DNA from: an uncultured virus (IMG/VR IMGVR_UViG_3300008117_000004)
Taxonomy: Duplodnaviria; Heunggongvirae; Uroviricota; Caudoviricetes
Length of the DNA: 64,000 bases
Virus record (IMG/VR): IMGVR_UViG_3300008117_000004
Span: 62,001 to 126,000 of that record
Strand: one strand, 5' to 3'
Shown: piece after piece, positions 55,341 to 64,000 of the stretch
How the letters are laid out: every line of letters starts with the position of its first letter
How positions within the stretch are numbered: the first letter of the stretch is position 1
Translations under genes and position numbers: made by a program
Notes under the pieces: model-generated
Database searches by the model: none
Seen by the model: only the letters and a program-made list of their open reading frames with translations
Told to the model about the DNA's origin: nothing

Positions 55341-57659
55341 ATGAGTTTTGATGTTAAAATAAATGGTGATTTTTTAGAAATAAAAAATAACACTGATAAA
55401 TTTTTTGAAAATTGTTTAATTAATTTGAAAAATATATTTTTCGATGATTTAATTTTTGAAAAAACTAATATCATACCAAACAAAGAAGATGTTGATAATA
55501 AAAAATCATTTTTTATTATGAATAAAGATTTCAGATCAACTTGGGGTGATAAAGAGTATTTCTTAAAAATTTATTCAAATGATAGATTAATTTATGATCA
55601 AGTTATAAATGATAGATCAAAATGTTTTGTTTTGGTTTCTAATAAAAAGTATGAAGACTTAACTATAAAATTAATTAATCAATTAGTTAAATTAACTAAT
55701 ATAGATATACTTCATTATACAATTGGTTATGAAACCATGTATAATAATAATCGAATAAAAAATATTAAAATTGATATTAGTAGAGATCTTAACAATCCGC
55801 ATTATATACAATTTACAAAACCGACAGCATTTTTAGATGCTATTTCTAGAGGATATAAGGACTATGTATTTTTAGATTCTGATATTCAAGTAAGAGATAA
55901 TATATCTGAAATTTTTGAATATGCTAAATACATAACGGATGGTCCAATTTTACAAAGAGGATGTTGGGATTATACTTTTGTTAATGGTGCCTATACACCT
56001 GGCGATTTAACAAGAAAATTATTGGGAGTTGATAAACAAACATCACCATATTGTTTAACAAATGTTGTTATTTTTAATCAAACACATAAATCAATATTTG
56101 AAGAATGGAAGTCTGTTTGTGATTTAGAAGAAGTTGAGACTATTTGTGAGAAAGAGTTTTTACATGATGAAATATTATTCAATTGCATTCTATGGAAGAA
56201 TAATATAATACCTAAAATGTTTTGGTTCTTTATAAATGTTTCTAATTCAAATGATGTTAAATTCTTTTTAGAATATAAATATGATGGGTATGAGTTACCA
56301 GTTGATATGAATAAACACGGTAAAGGATATCCATTTCAATCTAGATTTCCATATGATAAAAATAATATCTTCGGGTTTCATTGTGTGAAGGATTTAAATG
56401 AAGTTGATAAAATTCATAATTTAATTAGTAATAGTAATTCAAATTTTGAGGAAAAACTTTTAAATTTCTATGATAATATAGAAAAATCTGATATCAATAT
56501 CAATCCAAAATATGAGGATGTTAGTATTTTAAATCATTATATTGGAGGTGCTTATATTGAAGTTAAGTCAAAATTGAATAAACAATTTAAAGTTGAATTC
56601 TGGAATTCAAAGGGGTTTTGTGAATATTCAACAACCATTGGTAGTAATATGTGGACAAAAACAAATAAGAAGTATTTTGAAGAGTACACATGTAAAGTCT
56701 GGGATGGTGAAGAATTAATCTATGATAAAAAGTATGATGCTACGGGTAAGAGAGTTTTTATAACATTAGAATCGAGATCAATTGGCGATACATTGGCTTG
56801 GTTTCCATATGTTGATGAATTTAGAAAAAAATGGAATTGTGAGGTTATATGTTCAACTTTCTGGAATCACCTATTTAAGGAAACTTATCCAGAAATTGAA
56901 TTTGTTGAACCGGGATCAGTGGTGAATCACATCTATGCTATGTATAATATTGGTTGGTTTTATAATGAGGATAATACTGTACAGTTTGATAAAAATCCAA
57001 CAGATTTTAAAGAAATTCCACTTGGAAAAACATCAGCTGATATACTAGGTTTGGATTTTGAATATGTCAGAGCTAAAATTAACTTACCAAAAGTAGAAAA
57101 AAAGAAAAGAGTTGGTATAGCAATTCACTCAACTGCACAAACTAAATACTGGAATAATCCAACTGGATGGCAGGAAGTTGTTTATTTTTTGAAGGCTAGT
57201 GGATATGAAGTTATGATTCTTTCTAAAGAAGGTGATAATTATATGGGTAATAAACATCCAGAAGGATGTGTGAAATTACCAGAGGGATCAATGGAGAAAC
57301 TAATGGAAACAATGTTATCTTGTGAGTTTTTTATAGGAGTTGGTTCTGGTTTGAGTTGGGTATCTTGGACAATAGGAGTCCCAACATTCTTGATATCAGG
57401 ATTTAGTAAACCAATCTCTGAATTTGAAGGTGAGAATGTATTTAGAATTTTCAATGATTCAGTTTGTAATGGTTGTTACAATAGATATAGATTAGATGCT
57501 GGTGATTGGAATTGGTGTCCGGATCATAAAGGTACTGAAAGACAGTTTGAATGTACTAAGTCAATTACTGGTAAAATGGTTATTGACACAATAATGAATT
57601 CTGGTTTAATAAGAGTGCCAAACTTGGATGAAGATGTTTTACCACAATTTAATTTTTAA
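55341..57659 (+). CDS. GT-A domain fused to Aah/TibC-like autotransporter O-heptosyltransferase domain; probable start 55341
   Basis: FLDSDI; SIGDTLAWFPY, KYWNNPTGW, FIGVGSGLSW, ISGFS, CNGC..WCP..ECTKSI Cys4 motif. Confidence 0.8.
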   Translation: MSFDVKINGDFLEIKNNTDKFFENCLINLKNIFFDDLIFEKTNIIPNKEDVDNKKSFFIMNKDFRSTWGDKEYFLKIYSNDRLIYDQVINDRSKCFVLVSNKKYEDLTIKLINQLVKLTNIDILHYTIGYETMYNNNRIKNIKIDISRDLNNPHYIQFTKPTAFLDAISRGYKDYVFLDSDIQVRDNISEIFEYAKYITDGPILQRGCWDYTFVNGAYTPGDLTRKLLGVDKQTSPYCLTNVVIFNQTHKSIFEEWKSVCDLEEVETICEKEFLHDEILFNCILWKNNIIPKMFWFFINVSNSNDVKFFLEYKYDGYELPVDMNKHGKGYPFQSRFPYDKNNIFGFHCVKDLNEVDKIHNLISNSNSNFEEKLLNFYDNIEKSDININPKYEDVSILNHYIGGAYIEVKSKLNKQFKVEFWNSKGFCEYSTTIGSNMWTKTNKKYFEEYTCKVWDGEELIYDKKYDATGKRVFITLESRSIGDTLAWFPYVDEFRKKWNCEVICSTFWNHLFKETYPEIEFVEPGSVVNHIYAMYNIGWFYNEDNTVQFDKNPTDFKEIPLGKTSADILGLDFEYVRAKINLPKVEKKKRVGIAIHSTAQTKYWNNPTGWQEVVYFLKASGYEVMILSKEGDNYMGNKHPEGCVKLPEGSMEKLMETMLSCEFFIGVGSGLSWVSWTIGVPTFLISGFSKPISEFEGENVFRIFNDSVCNGCYNRYRLDAGDWNWCPDHKGTERQFECTKSITGKMVIDTIMNSGLIRVPNLDEDVLPQFNF

Positions 57660-57661
57660 AT

Positions 57662-57689
57662 AAAAAAGAGACCTTTATGGTCTCTTTTT
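57662..57689. terminator. Bidirectional intrinsic terminator
   Basis: AAAAAGAGACC-TTTAT-GGTCTCTTTTT. Confidence 0.7.
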
Positions 57690-58361
57690 GTTTACTTTTA
57701 CTTTTACACCAGTTTCTTTTTTAATTGGTCGTATTTTTTTATTTTCATTTAGATTAACTGTTACCTTTTTAGATACTTTAACAATAAATTCATCTTTCCA
57801 AGGTGTGAATAAGTTACCATCAGCATTTACTTCTAGTTTTATATTACCTCTTTGTCCTTCATTAAAAAGGCTTAATTTCTTAATAGGAATGATACATTTA
57901 CCGTTTTTAACCTCACCTTTAAACATAAGATTCCAATCAGCTGATTCAATTACTAATCTAACTTCTGTATCTTTTTGACTTACACCTTCAATTGCTATAT
58001 CACAAATAAATTCTTCAGATTTATCTTTGTATAACACATATGAATCTTCATCATTATAACTTTCGTTATTTTCTTCCAAATCTTCCTCTTCTGAAGAATT
58101 ATCAAATGAATAATCATCTTGTTCTTGTTCTTCCTCACTATTGTAGTTATTATAAGGATTTAAGCTTTGATCAATTTCATCTTCATCATCGGCGGCGTCG
58201 TTGATATTTGTAAATATTTCTTTATCTTCATCAACCTCATCATCTTCATATCTATCTGAAAACAAACCTTCTTTTAATAGATTTGACTTCATCTTTTTAA
58301 GATCTTCCATTTTATTACCACCTAGAAAATCTTCAAATCTAAAAACATCATTATCTTCCAT
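57675..58361 (-). CDS. Hypothetical protein, acidic N-terminus plus beta-rich C-terminal domain (possibly virion)
   Basis: ORF composition. Confidence 0.55.
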   Translation of the reverse strand: MEDNDVFRFEDFLGGNKMEDLKKMKSNLLKEGLFSDRYEDDEVDEDKEIFTNINDAADDEDEIDQSLNPYNNYNSEEEQEQDDYSFDNSSEEEDLEENNESYNDEDSYVLYKDKSEEFICDIAIEGVSQKDTEVRLVIESADWNLMFKGEVKNGKCIIPIKKLSLFNEGQRGNIKLEVNADGNLFTPWKDEFIVKVSKKVTVNLNENKKIRPIKKETGVKVKVNKKRP

Positions 58362-58371
58362 AATTTATATA

Positions 58372-58782
58372 TTATTTTTGAAAATCAACTTTTATATTAA
58401 TTGAATCGTTTAAAAAACGATCAAACTCGTTTATTGTTACTTTTATATCTTCTCTCGGATTTTTTATTTTTTCATATTCAATACCTCTAACTCTACAATA
58501 TAATTTTATTATTTTATCGGTATTTTCTCTACCTAAATCCTTATTTAGTTGCCTCCATGGATTATTTTTTTCATATTCTCCTTTATGTGGATATCCACTT
58601 CCACCACCACTCACTCGGCGTGATACCACTTCTAATAAAATAAAAACTTCATCCCAAGTTAATTCAACATTTTCCCATTTTAAATTTACCTCTTCCCATT
58701 TTAAATACTTTTTACCAACTGAATATTCCAAATCACTCCAGTTTACATCTTGGTTTAATAAAGGTGAGTAAATTAAAGGCAT
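58372..58782 (-). CDS. Hypothetical protein with Trp-spaced heptads (LKWEEVN LKWENVE LTWDEV)
   Basis: Translation. Confidence 0.55.
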   Translation of the reverse strand: MPLIYSPLLNQDVNWSDLEYSVGKKYLKWEEVNLKWENVELTWDEVFILLEVVSRRVSGGGSGYPHKGEYEKNNPWRQLNKDLGRENTDKIIKLYCRVRGIEYEKIKNPREDIKVTINEFDRFLNDSINIKVDFQK

Positions 58783-58851
58783 ATAAAATTTTATTTCTGT
58801 TATATATTAAATAATTCATGTTTGGACACATGTTACTTAATATATACTACT

Positions 58852-61800
58852 ATGAGTTATGATTTTACTGGTGCAACCGTCTCCGGAACATATGGTAGAT
58901 TGGTTCAAGTAGTACATGGTACACCGGATTTATATTATGATGGTTTTGGAAATCTTTTAGATTTAGGAAGTGGTACATCTTCTGTTGGTCCACAAGGTCC
59001 GACAGGACCACAAGGAACATCTATGTTATTCCAAGGAGAATGGGATTCGATGATGATGTATTTCTACTATGATTTTGTTACATATAATGGAAATGCTTAC
59101 TTATGTATTTCTGATTTAACTGGTTCAGCTCCTTGGTCATCACCTGATATAGATACATCTCATTGGCAACAAATGTTAATTGGTTTATCAGGAACTTCCG
59201 GAACATCAGGGATAAATGGAACATCAGGTACAAATGGAACTTCAGGTACAAATGGAACTTCAGGGACTTCTGGATCTAATGGCACTTCAGGAACATCAGG
59301 TACAAGTGTTTCTACTAATTATGCTTATATAACATCAACCTACTCGGTATCCAATACAGATCACTATATTGAGGCTAATGGAACTTTTGATATTACTTTA
59401 CCGACAGCAATAGGTTTTTCAGGGAAAGGATTCATTATAAAAAATACCGGAACTGGTATAATAACAATAAAAACAACTTCTTCTCAGCTAATTGATAATC
59501 TATCGTCATATAATTTAGCATTCTATGATACTCTTACTGTTGAAAGTAATGGATTAAATTGGTTAGTTAATCACCCACAAACTAAACAATTTATCCGAGT
59601 TTATAATAATACTGGTTCAATTATACCTAAGGGATCTGCTCTTAAAATACAGTCATCATATAGTGGTATTCCCAGTGTCTCTTTGTCAATTGCTAATGGT
59701 GTTGGAAATCAACAAGTAATTGGTCTGGCTTATATTGATATTCCAATTGCGTCTGAGGGTATTGCCATATCATCTGGTATCTTATCGGGACTTGATTTAT
59801 CAGCTTATTCGATTGGTGATATTCTTTATTTATCTGATACAACACCAGGTAGTTTTATAAACTCATCAAGTACATTAGATTTTTCATCAAGAACTAACCA
59901 AATTGGTTATATTACAAATAATAGTTCAACAATTGGAACTCTACAAGTTGAAATTAATAATGAGGATATCAATTTATCTCTTACTGATATACAGAGAAAT
60001 ATATTAGAAGGTAATGTCATATCAACAGGTGTTTATAATTATTCGGGACTTGTTAAAACTAGTAGTACAACATTTACAGTGGGTAGTGCTTCTGGTTGGA
60101 TTATAACTAATACAGGTACATATTCTATTAAACCAACAGTTTTACAAATTACTTATGGTGGAACTACAAGTATAACAACACCTTACTTAAACACATTTGA
60201 TAGTACTTATGTTTTATTAACAGCTAGTTCTTCATTACATTTACAAGGTACATTTCCAACAGCACAAGAAAGAAGACAAAATATCTTCTTAGGTAAAGTT
60301 GTACACCCTGATAGACAAACCATTTTAAATGTAAATAATACTGTTGATTATGATGTATCACCAATGTCCGCATTGAGAGATTTATGGTCACCAATCAAAT
60401 TAATAAATCAAGGAATTATACCATCCGCTCATAGTACAACTTTAGAGTTTAATACATCAACTGGTATTCTTTGGGGTAATGGTATAAATTGGACTAATAA
60501 TGAATTAAATCCAAATAGTATTAATATTAGTGGTCAATCTCCGGTAACTTTTCAATATAGAACTCAAATAGGTGGTACATTTTCTAATACAACATTTATA
60601 GATCCTACTCATTATGATAATGGTGGTGTTATTAGTGTAGTAGGTGGTGGTAATGGTTCGTCAACAAATCAAAGAATATATTTATTCCCAACTGGATTGG
60701 TAAGAGTTCAATATGGTCAAACAGTATATGGATCTTTATCTGAAGCGATTTCAGCAGCACAAGAAGAATTATATGTTGAGTATCCAAATAATAGAGATAA
60801 TGGTATTCTTATAGGTATTTTATCTGTTAATAAAAATGCTTCAAACTTATCAGATCCCACACAGGCAAGATTTAATTTTGTTTCTAAGTTTGGTGAGATC
60901 TTAGGTGGATCTGGTGGTATATCAACAACTACATTACAACAAGCTTATGATAACTCATCTACACCAGAAATAGTAACTAACTCTACTTTAGGAGCTGTTA
61001 CAATCAAAAGAGGAAGTTCATTAGAAACCGATAATGTATTTGAAGTTCAAAGTGGTGTTGATGGTGTTACATTTAGTGTAACTGGTCAAGGTAGAACAAA
61101 TACACATAACTTAACGATAACAGGAATTGGATCAACATCAAGTTTAACTAAATATATGGTTGTTGATGATAGTGGAAATACATATTATCAAACAACTAAT
61201 CCAGGTGGTGGTAGTGGTACTTCAGGAACTTCGGGGGTGGGTACTTCAGGAACATCCGGTACATCAGGTTTGAATGGAACAAGTGGTGTAAATGGTGTTG
61301 GTGGTGCACTAGGTTATTATGGTAACTTTCTTGATCTTACGACTCAGCCATTTATTACTCCTGGTGTTGCTCAAATAGTGGGTATTAACACTAATTCAGG
61401 ATCAGTTGGATTTTCCTTATCAGGTACAGGTAGTGTGGTGATTGAAAATCCAGGAACATACACTATGATATATTCTATCCAACTACAAAATACAGATGCT
61501 GATATCCACTATGCTGATATATGGTTAAAATATAATGGATTAGATTATCCAGATAGCACAACTAGATTTTATATACCGGCTAGAAAAAATTCAAATGAGT
61601 ATGGTTATACAGTAGCAACTGTAAATTATGTTGGAACTTCAATAAACCCAAATGATACTGTCGAATTGTGGTGGCATTCTGATAGTAGTTTAGTATCAAT
61701 TCAATATTTACCATCAAGTATATCACCTATAATTCCTGCTATACCTAGTGTGATTTCTACATTTACTCAGGTTATGTACACACAGATAGGACCAACTGGA

Positions 61801-62403
61801 TCTAATGGAACATCTGGTACGAGTGGGAGTCAAGGCACTTCTGGAACTTCTGGAATAAATGGAAATGATGGAACATCTGGTACTTCCGGAATTTCTGGAT
61901 TAAATGGAAATGATGGAACATCTGGTACAAGTGGGAGTCAAGGTACTTCCGGAACTTCTGGTGTTAATGGTGTTGATGGTACTTCCGGAATTTCTGGATT
62001 AAATGGAAATGATGGAACATCTGGTACGAGTGGAAATCAAGGAACATCCGGAACAAGCGGTTCATCAGGAACTTCTGGTTCATCAGGTACATCCGGATCA
62101 TTCGGAACTTCTGGTTCATCAGGTACATCCGGATCATTCGGAACTTCTGGTTCATCAGGTACATCCGGATCATCAGGAACTTCTGGTTTATTACTATTGA
62201 GTGGTTCAACTGACAATGGACTAATAACTTTAAATGGAACTATACCAAATGGCACGGTTGAAAATAATCTAACATTTGATGGTACAAATTTAAATGTAAC
62301 TGGTAATACTGAAATAAGCGGAACATTTAGTAGTAATTCAAATTCAATTTTAACTCAAAATTTAATACAAGCTGGACTATTATATCTATCAAATAATTTA
62401 TAA
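58852..62403 (+). CDS. Large tail fibre/virion surface protein with G-T-S triplet repeats; probable start 58852
   Basis: GPQGPTGPQG and long GTSGTSG/GSSGTS tracts; TAATATATA at 58838-58846. Confidence 0.7.
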   Translation: MSYDFTGATVSGTYGRLVQVVHGTPDLYYDGFGNLLDLGSGTSSVGPQGPTGPQGTSMLFQGEWDSMMMYFYYDFVTYNGNAYLCISDLTGSAPWSSPDIDTSHWQQMLIGLSGTSGTSGINGTSGTNGTSGTNGTSGTSGSNGTSGTSGTSVSTNYAYITSTYSVSNTDHYIEANGTFDITLPTAIGFSGKGFIIKNTGTGIITIKTTSSQLIDNLSSYNLAFYDTLTVESNGLNWLVNHPQTKQFIRVYNNTGSIIPKGSALKIQSSYSGIPSVSLSIANGVGNQQVIGLAYIDIPIASEGIAISSGILSGLDLSAYSIGDILYLSDTTPGSFINSSSTLDFSSRTNQIGYITNNSSTIGTLQVEINNEDINLSLTDIQRNILEGNVISTGVYNYSGLVKTSSTTFTVGSASGWIITNTGTYSIKPTVLQITYGGTTSITTPYLNTFDSTYVLLTASSSLHLQGTFPTAQERRQNIFLGKVVHPDRQTILNVNNTVDYDVSPMSALRDLWSPIKLINQGIIPSAHSTTLEFNTSTGILWGNGINWTNNELNPNSINISGQSPVTFQYRTQIGGTFSNTTFIDPTHYDNGGVISVVGGGNGSSTNQRIYLFPTGLVRVQYGQTVYGSLSEAISAAQEELYVEYPNNRDNGILIGILSVNKNASNLSDPTQARFNFVSKFGEILGGSGGISTTTLQQAYDNSSTPEIVTNSTLGAVTIKRGSSLETDNVFEVQSGVDGVTFSVTGQGRTNTHNLTITGIGSTSSLTKYMVVDDSGNTYYQTTNPGGGSGTSGTSGVGTSGTSGTSGLNGTSGVNGVGGALGYYGNFLDLTTQPFITPGVAQIVGINTNSGSVGFSLSGTGSVVIENPGTYTMIYSIQLQNTDADIHYADIWLKYNGLDYPDSTTRFYIPARKNSNEYGYTVATVNYVGTSINPNDTVELWWHSDSSLVSIQYLPSSISPIIPAIPSVISTFTQVMYTQIGPTGSNGTSGTSGSQGTSGTSGINGNDGTSGTSGISGLNGNDGTSGTSGSQGTSGTSGVNGVDGTSGISGLNGNDGTSGTSGNQGTSGTSGSSGTSGSSGTSGSFGTSGSSGTSGSFGTSGSSGTSGSSGTSGLLLLSGSTDNGLITLNGTIPNGTVENNLTFDGTNLNVTGNTEISGTFSSNSNSILTQNLIQAGLLYLSNNL
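62068..62187 (+). repeat. 36-nt tandem repeat x3 (GTSGSSGTSGSF) inside the fibre gene
   Basis: GGAACTTCTGGTTCATCAGGTACATCCGGATCATTC at 62068, 62104 and 62140 (third copy ends TCA). Confidence 0.85.
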
Positions 62404-62446
62404 GAATAATATAAAAATTAATATATAAGAAAAATATATTATAGTT

Positions 62447-64000
62447 TTGGCAAGAAATCCTAGATATCAAATACATAATTTAGATACAGATGGTTATGGT
62501 AAGTTGGTTCAAATTATTGATGGTATTCTTTATGATGGTTTTGGAAATCAATTAATTTTTCAAGGTGGTGGTGGAACAGGAACCTCAGGGACATCAGGTG
62601 TTAATGGTAATAATGGTTTAAATGGATCTTCTGGTTATGGAGTACCATCTGGTGGTTCTACCGGTCAAGTTCTTGTTAAAGTTGATTCAACAAACTATAA
62701 TACACAATGGGTAACATTTTCTGGTGGTGGTAGCACATCCGGATCATCGGGAACAAGTGGTCCATCTGGAGCTAGTGGTGCTAATGGATCTAATGGTACA
62801 TCAGGAACCCGTGGATCTTCAGGAACTTCCGGTCCAGCAGGAGAAAATGGAACAAGCGGAACTTCTGGTATTGGATCTAATGGTACATCAGGAACATCGG
62901 CGATTGGTACATCTGGAACAAGTGGTGAAAAAGGAACTTCAGGAACAAGTGGTGAAAAGGGAACATCCGGAACTAGCGGTGGTGGTTCTGCTGGAACGAG
63001 TGGAACATCTGGTATTGGATCTAATGGTACATCAGGAACATCAGCGATTGGTACATCAGGCACGAGTGGTTTAAATGGATCTTCAGGAACAAGTGGCGAG
63101 AATGGAACATCAGGCACGAGTGGTACATCTGGTATTGGATCTAATGGTACATCAGGAACATCGGCGATTGGTACATCAGGAACAAGTGGTGAGAACGGAA
63201 CTTCCGGAATAAATGGATCTAACGGGACAGCTGGAACTTCTGGAATAAATGGCGTTAATGGTACATCTGGAACTTCCGGTGTAAATGGTTCATCAGGAAC
63301 TTCCGGAATAAATGGCGTTAATGGTACATCTGGGACTTCCGGTGTAAATGGTTCATCAGGAACTTCTGGATCTTCTGGAACTTCCGGAATAAATGGATCT
63401 AACGGGACATCTGGAACTTCCGGAATAAATGGCGTTAATGGTTCATCAGGAACTTCGGGTTTTAATGGCTCATCAGGGACATCAGGAACAAGTGGAGAAA
63501 ATGGAACTTCGGGTTCATCAGGAACTTCGGGTTTTAATGGCTCATCAGGTACATCAGGTAGTCAAGGTACATCAGGTAGCGCAGGAACTTCTGGAATAAA
63601 TGGTGGTGACGGATCTTCTGGAACATCCGGATCTTCTGGAACTAGTGGAATTACAGGAACAAGCGGTAGTGCAGGAACTTCCGGAACAAGTGCAACTAGT
63701 GGAAGCTCAGGAACATCAGGTAGTCAAGGAACAAGTGGAACATCTGGTATCGGATCTAATGGTACATCCGGCACAAGTGGAACATCAATGAGTGTATCCG
63801 GATCTAATAATGAACTTTTGACATCAGATGGTTCTGGTGGTATTGTTTCAGAATCTTTGATAACTTTTGATGGTGCTAAATTAAGTTTATTATATCAATC
63901 TGGTGATGAAGGAGGTGAAATATTATTAAATAAATCAGTTACTAATAATACACTTGATGGTGTGGGTATAACAATAGACTCTTATCGAAATAAAATAAGG
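62447..64000 (+). CDS. Second G-T-S repeat fibre-like protein, TTG start, runs off the window (not in ORF track)
   Basis: MARNPRYQIHNLDTDGYGKLVQIIDGILYDGFGN shares YGxLVQ..YDGFGN with the upstream gene; very long G-x-S/N triplet tract; same frame reads VGITIDSYRNKIR at the window end. Confidence 0.75.
   Translation, partial: MARNPRYQIHNLDTDGYGKLVQIIDGILYDGFGNQLIFQGGGGTGTSGTSGVNGNNGLNGSSGYGVPSGGSTGQVLVKVDSTNYNTQWVTFSGGGSTSGSSGTSGPSGASGANGSNGTSGTRGSSGTSGPAGENGTSGTSGIGSNGTSGTSAIGTSGTSGEKGTSGTSGEKGTSGTSGGGSAGTSGTSGIGSNGTSGTSAIGTSGTSGLNGSSGTSGENGTSGTSGTSGIGSNGTSGTSAIGTSGTSGENGTSGINGSNGTAGTSGINGVNGTSGTSGVNGSSGTSGINGVNGTSGTSGVNGSSGTSGSSGTSGINGSNGTSGTSGINGVNGSSGTSGFNGSSGTSGTSGENGTSGSSGTSGFNGSSGTSGSQGTSGSAGTSGINGGDGSSGTSGSSGTSGITGTSGSAGTSGTSATSGSSGTSGSQGTSGTSGIGSNGTSGTSGTSMSVSGSNNELLTSDGSGGIVSESLITFDGAKLSLLYQSGDEGGEILLNKSVTNNTLDGVGITIDSYRNKIR

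Noticed and set aside
61964..63791. Short ORFs in alternative frames/antisense in the fibre genes
   Set aside because: Shadows of the G-T-S codon repeats
1..64000. Stop-codon reassignment explaining the split genes
   Set aside because: Conserved genes read full length in the standard code, TAG and TGA both end intact genes, and the splits are separated by whole endonuclease ORFs

Overview
Very AT-rich, gene-dense 64 kb segment read with the standard code. Gene content points to a T4-related jumbo phage, and TTTG-N19/20-TAnnTTTG promoters with no obvious Shine-Dalgarno sites suggest a Bacteroidota host (inference). It carries replication and nucleotide genes (RuvC-like resolvase, NrdA, gp41/DnaB helicase, DinG helicase, N-terminal half of PolB, ThyA, Fpg/Nei), tail/baseplate-like genes, a glycosyltransferase cluster next to Gly-Thr-Ser repeat fibre genes, and at least 9 free-standing homing endonucleases. 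Main observations: (1) three scattered small genes match non-overlapping, consecutive pieces of the gp23 major capsid protein, and each carries an R-x-x-K-I-x-x-I/L type helix also found in other small proteins. (2) A Ro60/TROVE gene is cut in two by an HNH gene with no intron or intein. It is preceded by two Y-RNA-like structured RNAs and mutually exclusive terminator/antiterminator pairings. (3) nrdA and the helicase are fractured genes with split inteins, one of them atypically split. (4) There are SAM-lyase-like, 2H-phosphoesterase, minimal PolA-like and inactive-looking RNA-ligase-like genes. (5) A shared N-terminal motif resembles the T4 capsid-targeting sequence, and three promoter classes are visible. 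All family assignments come from motif recognition by eye; no database searches or folding programs were run.
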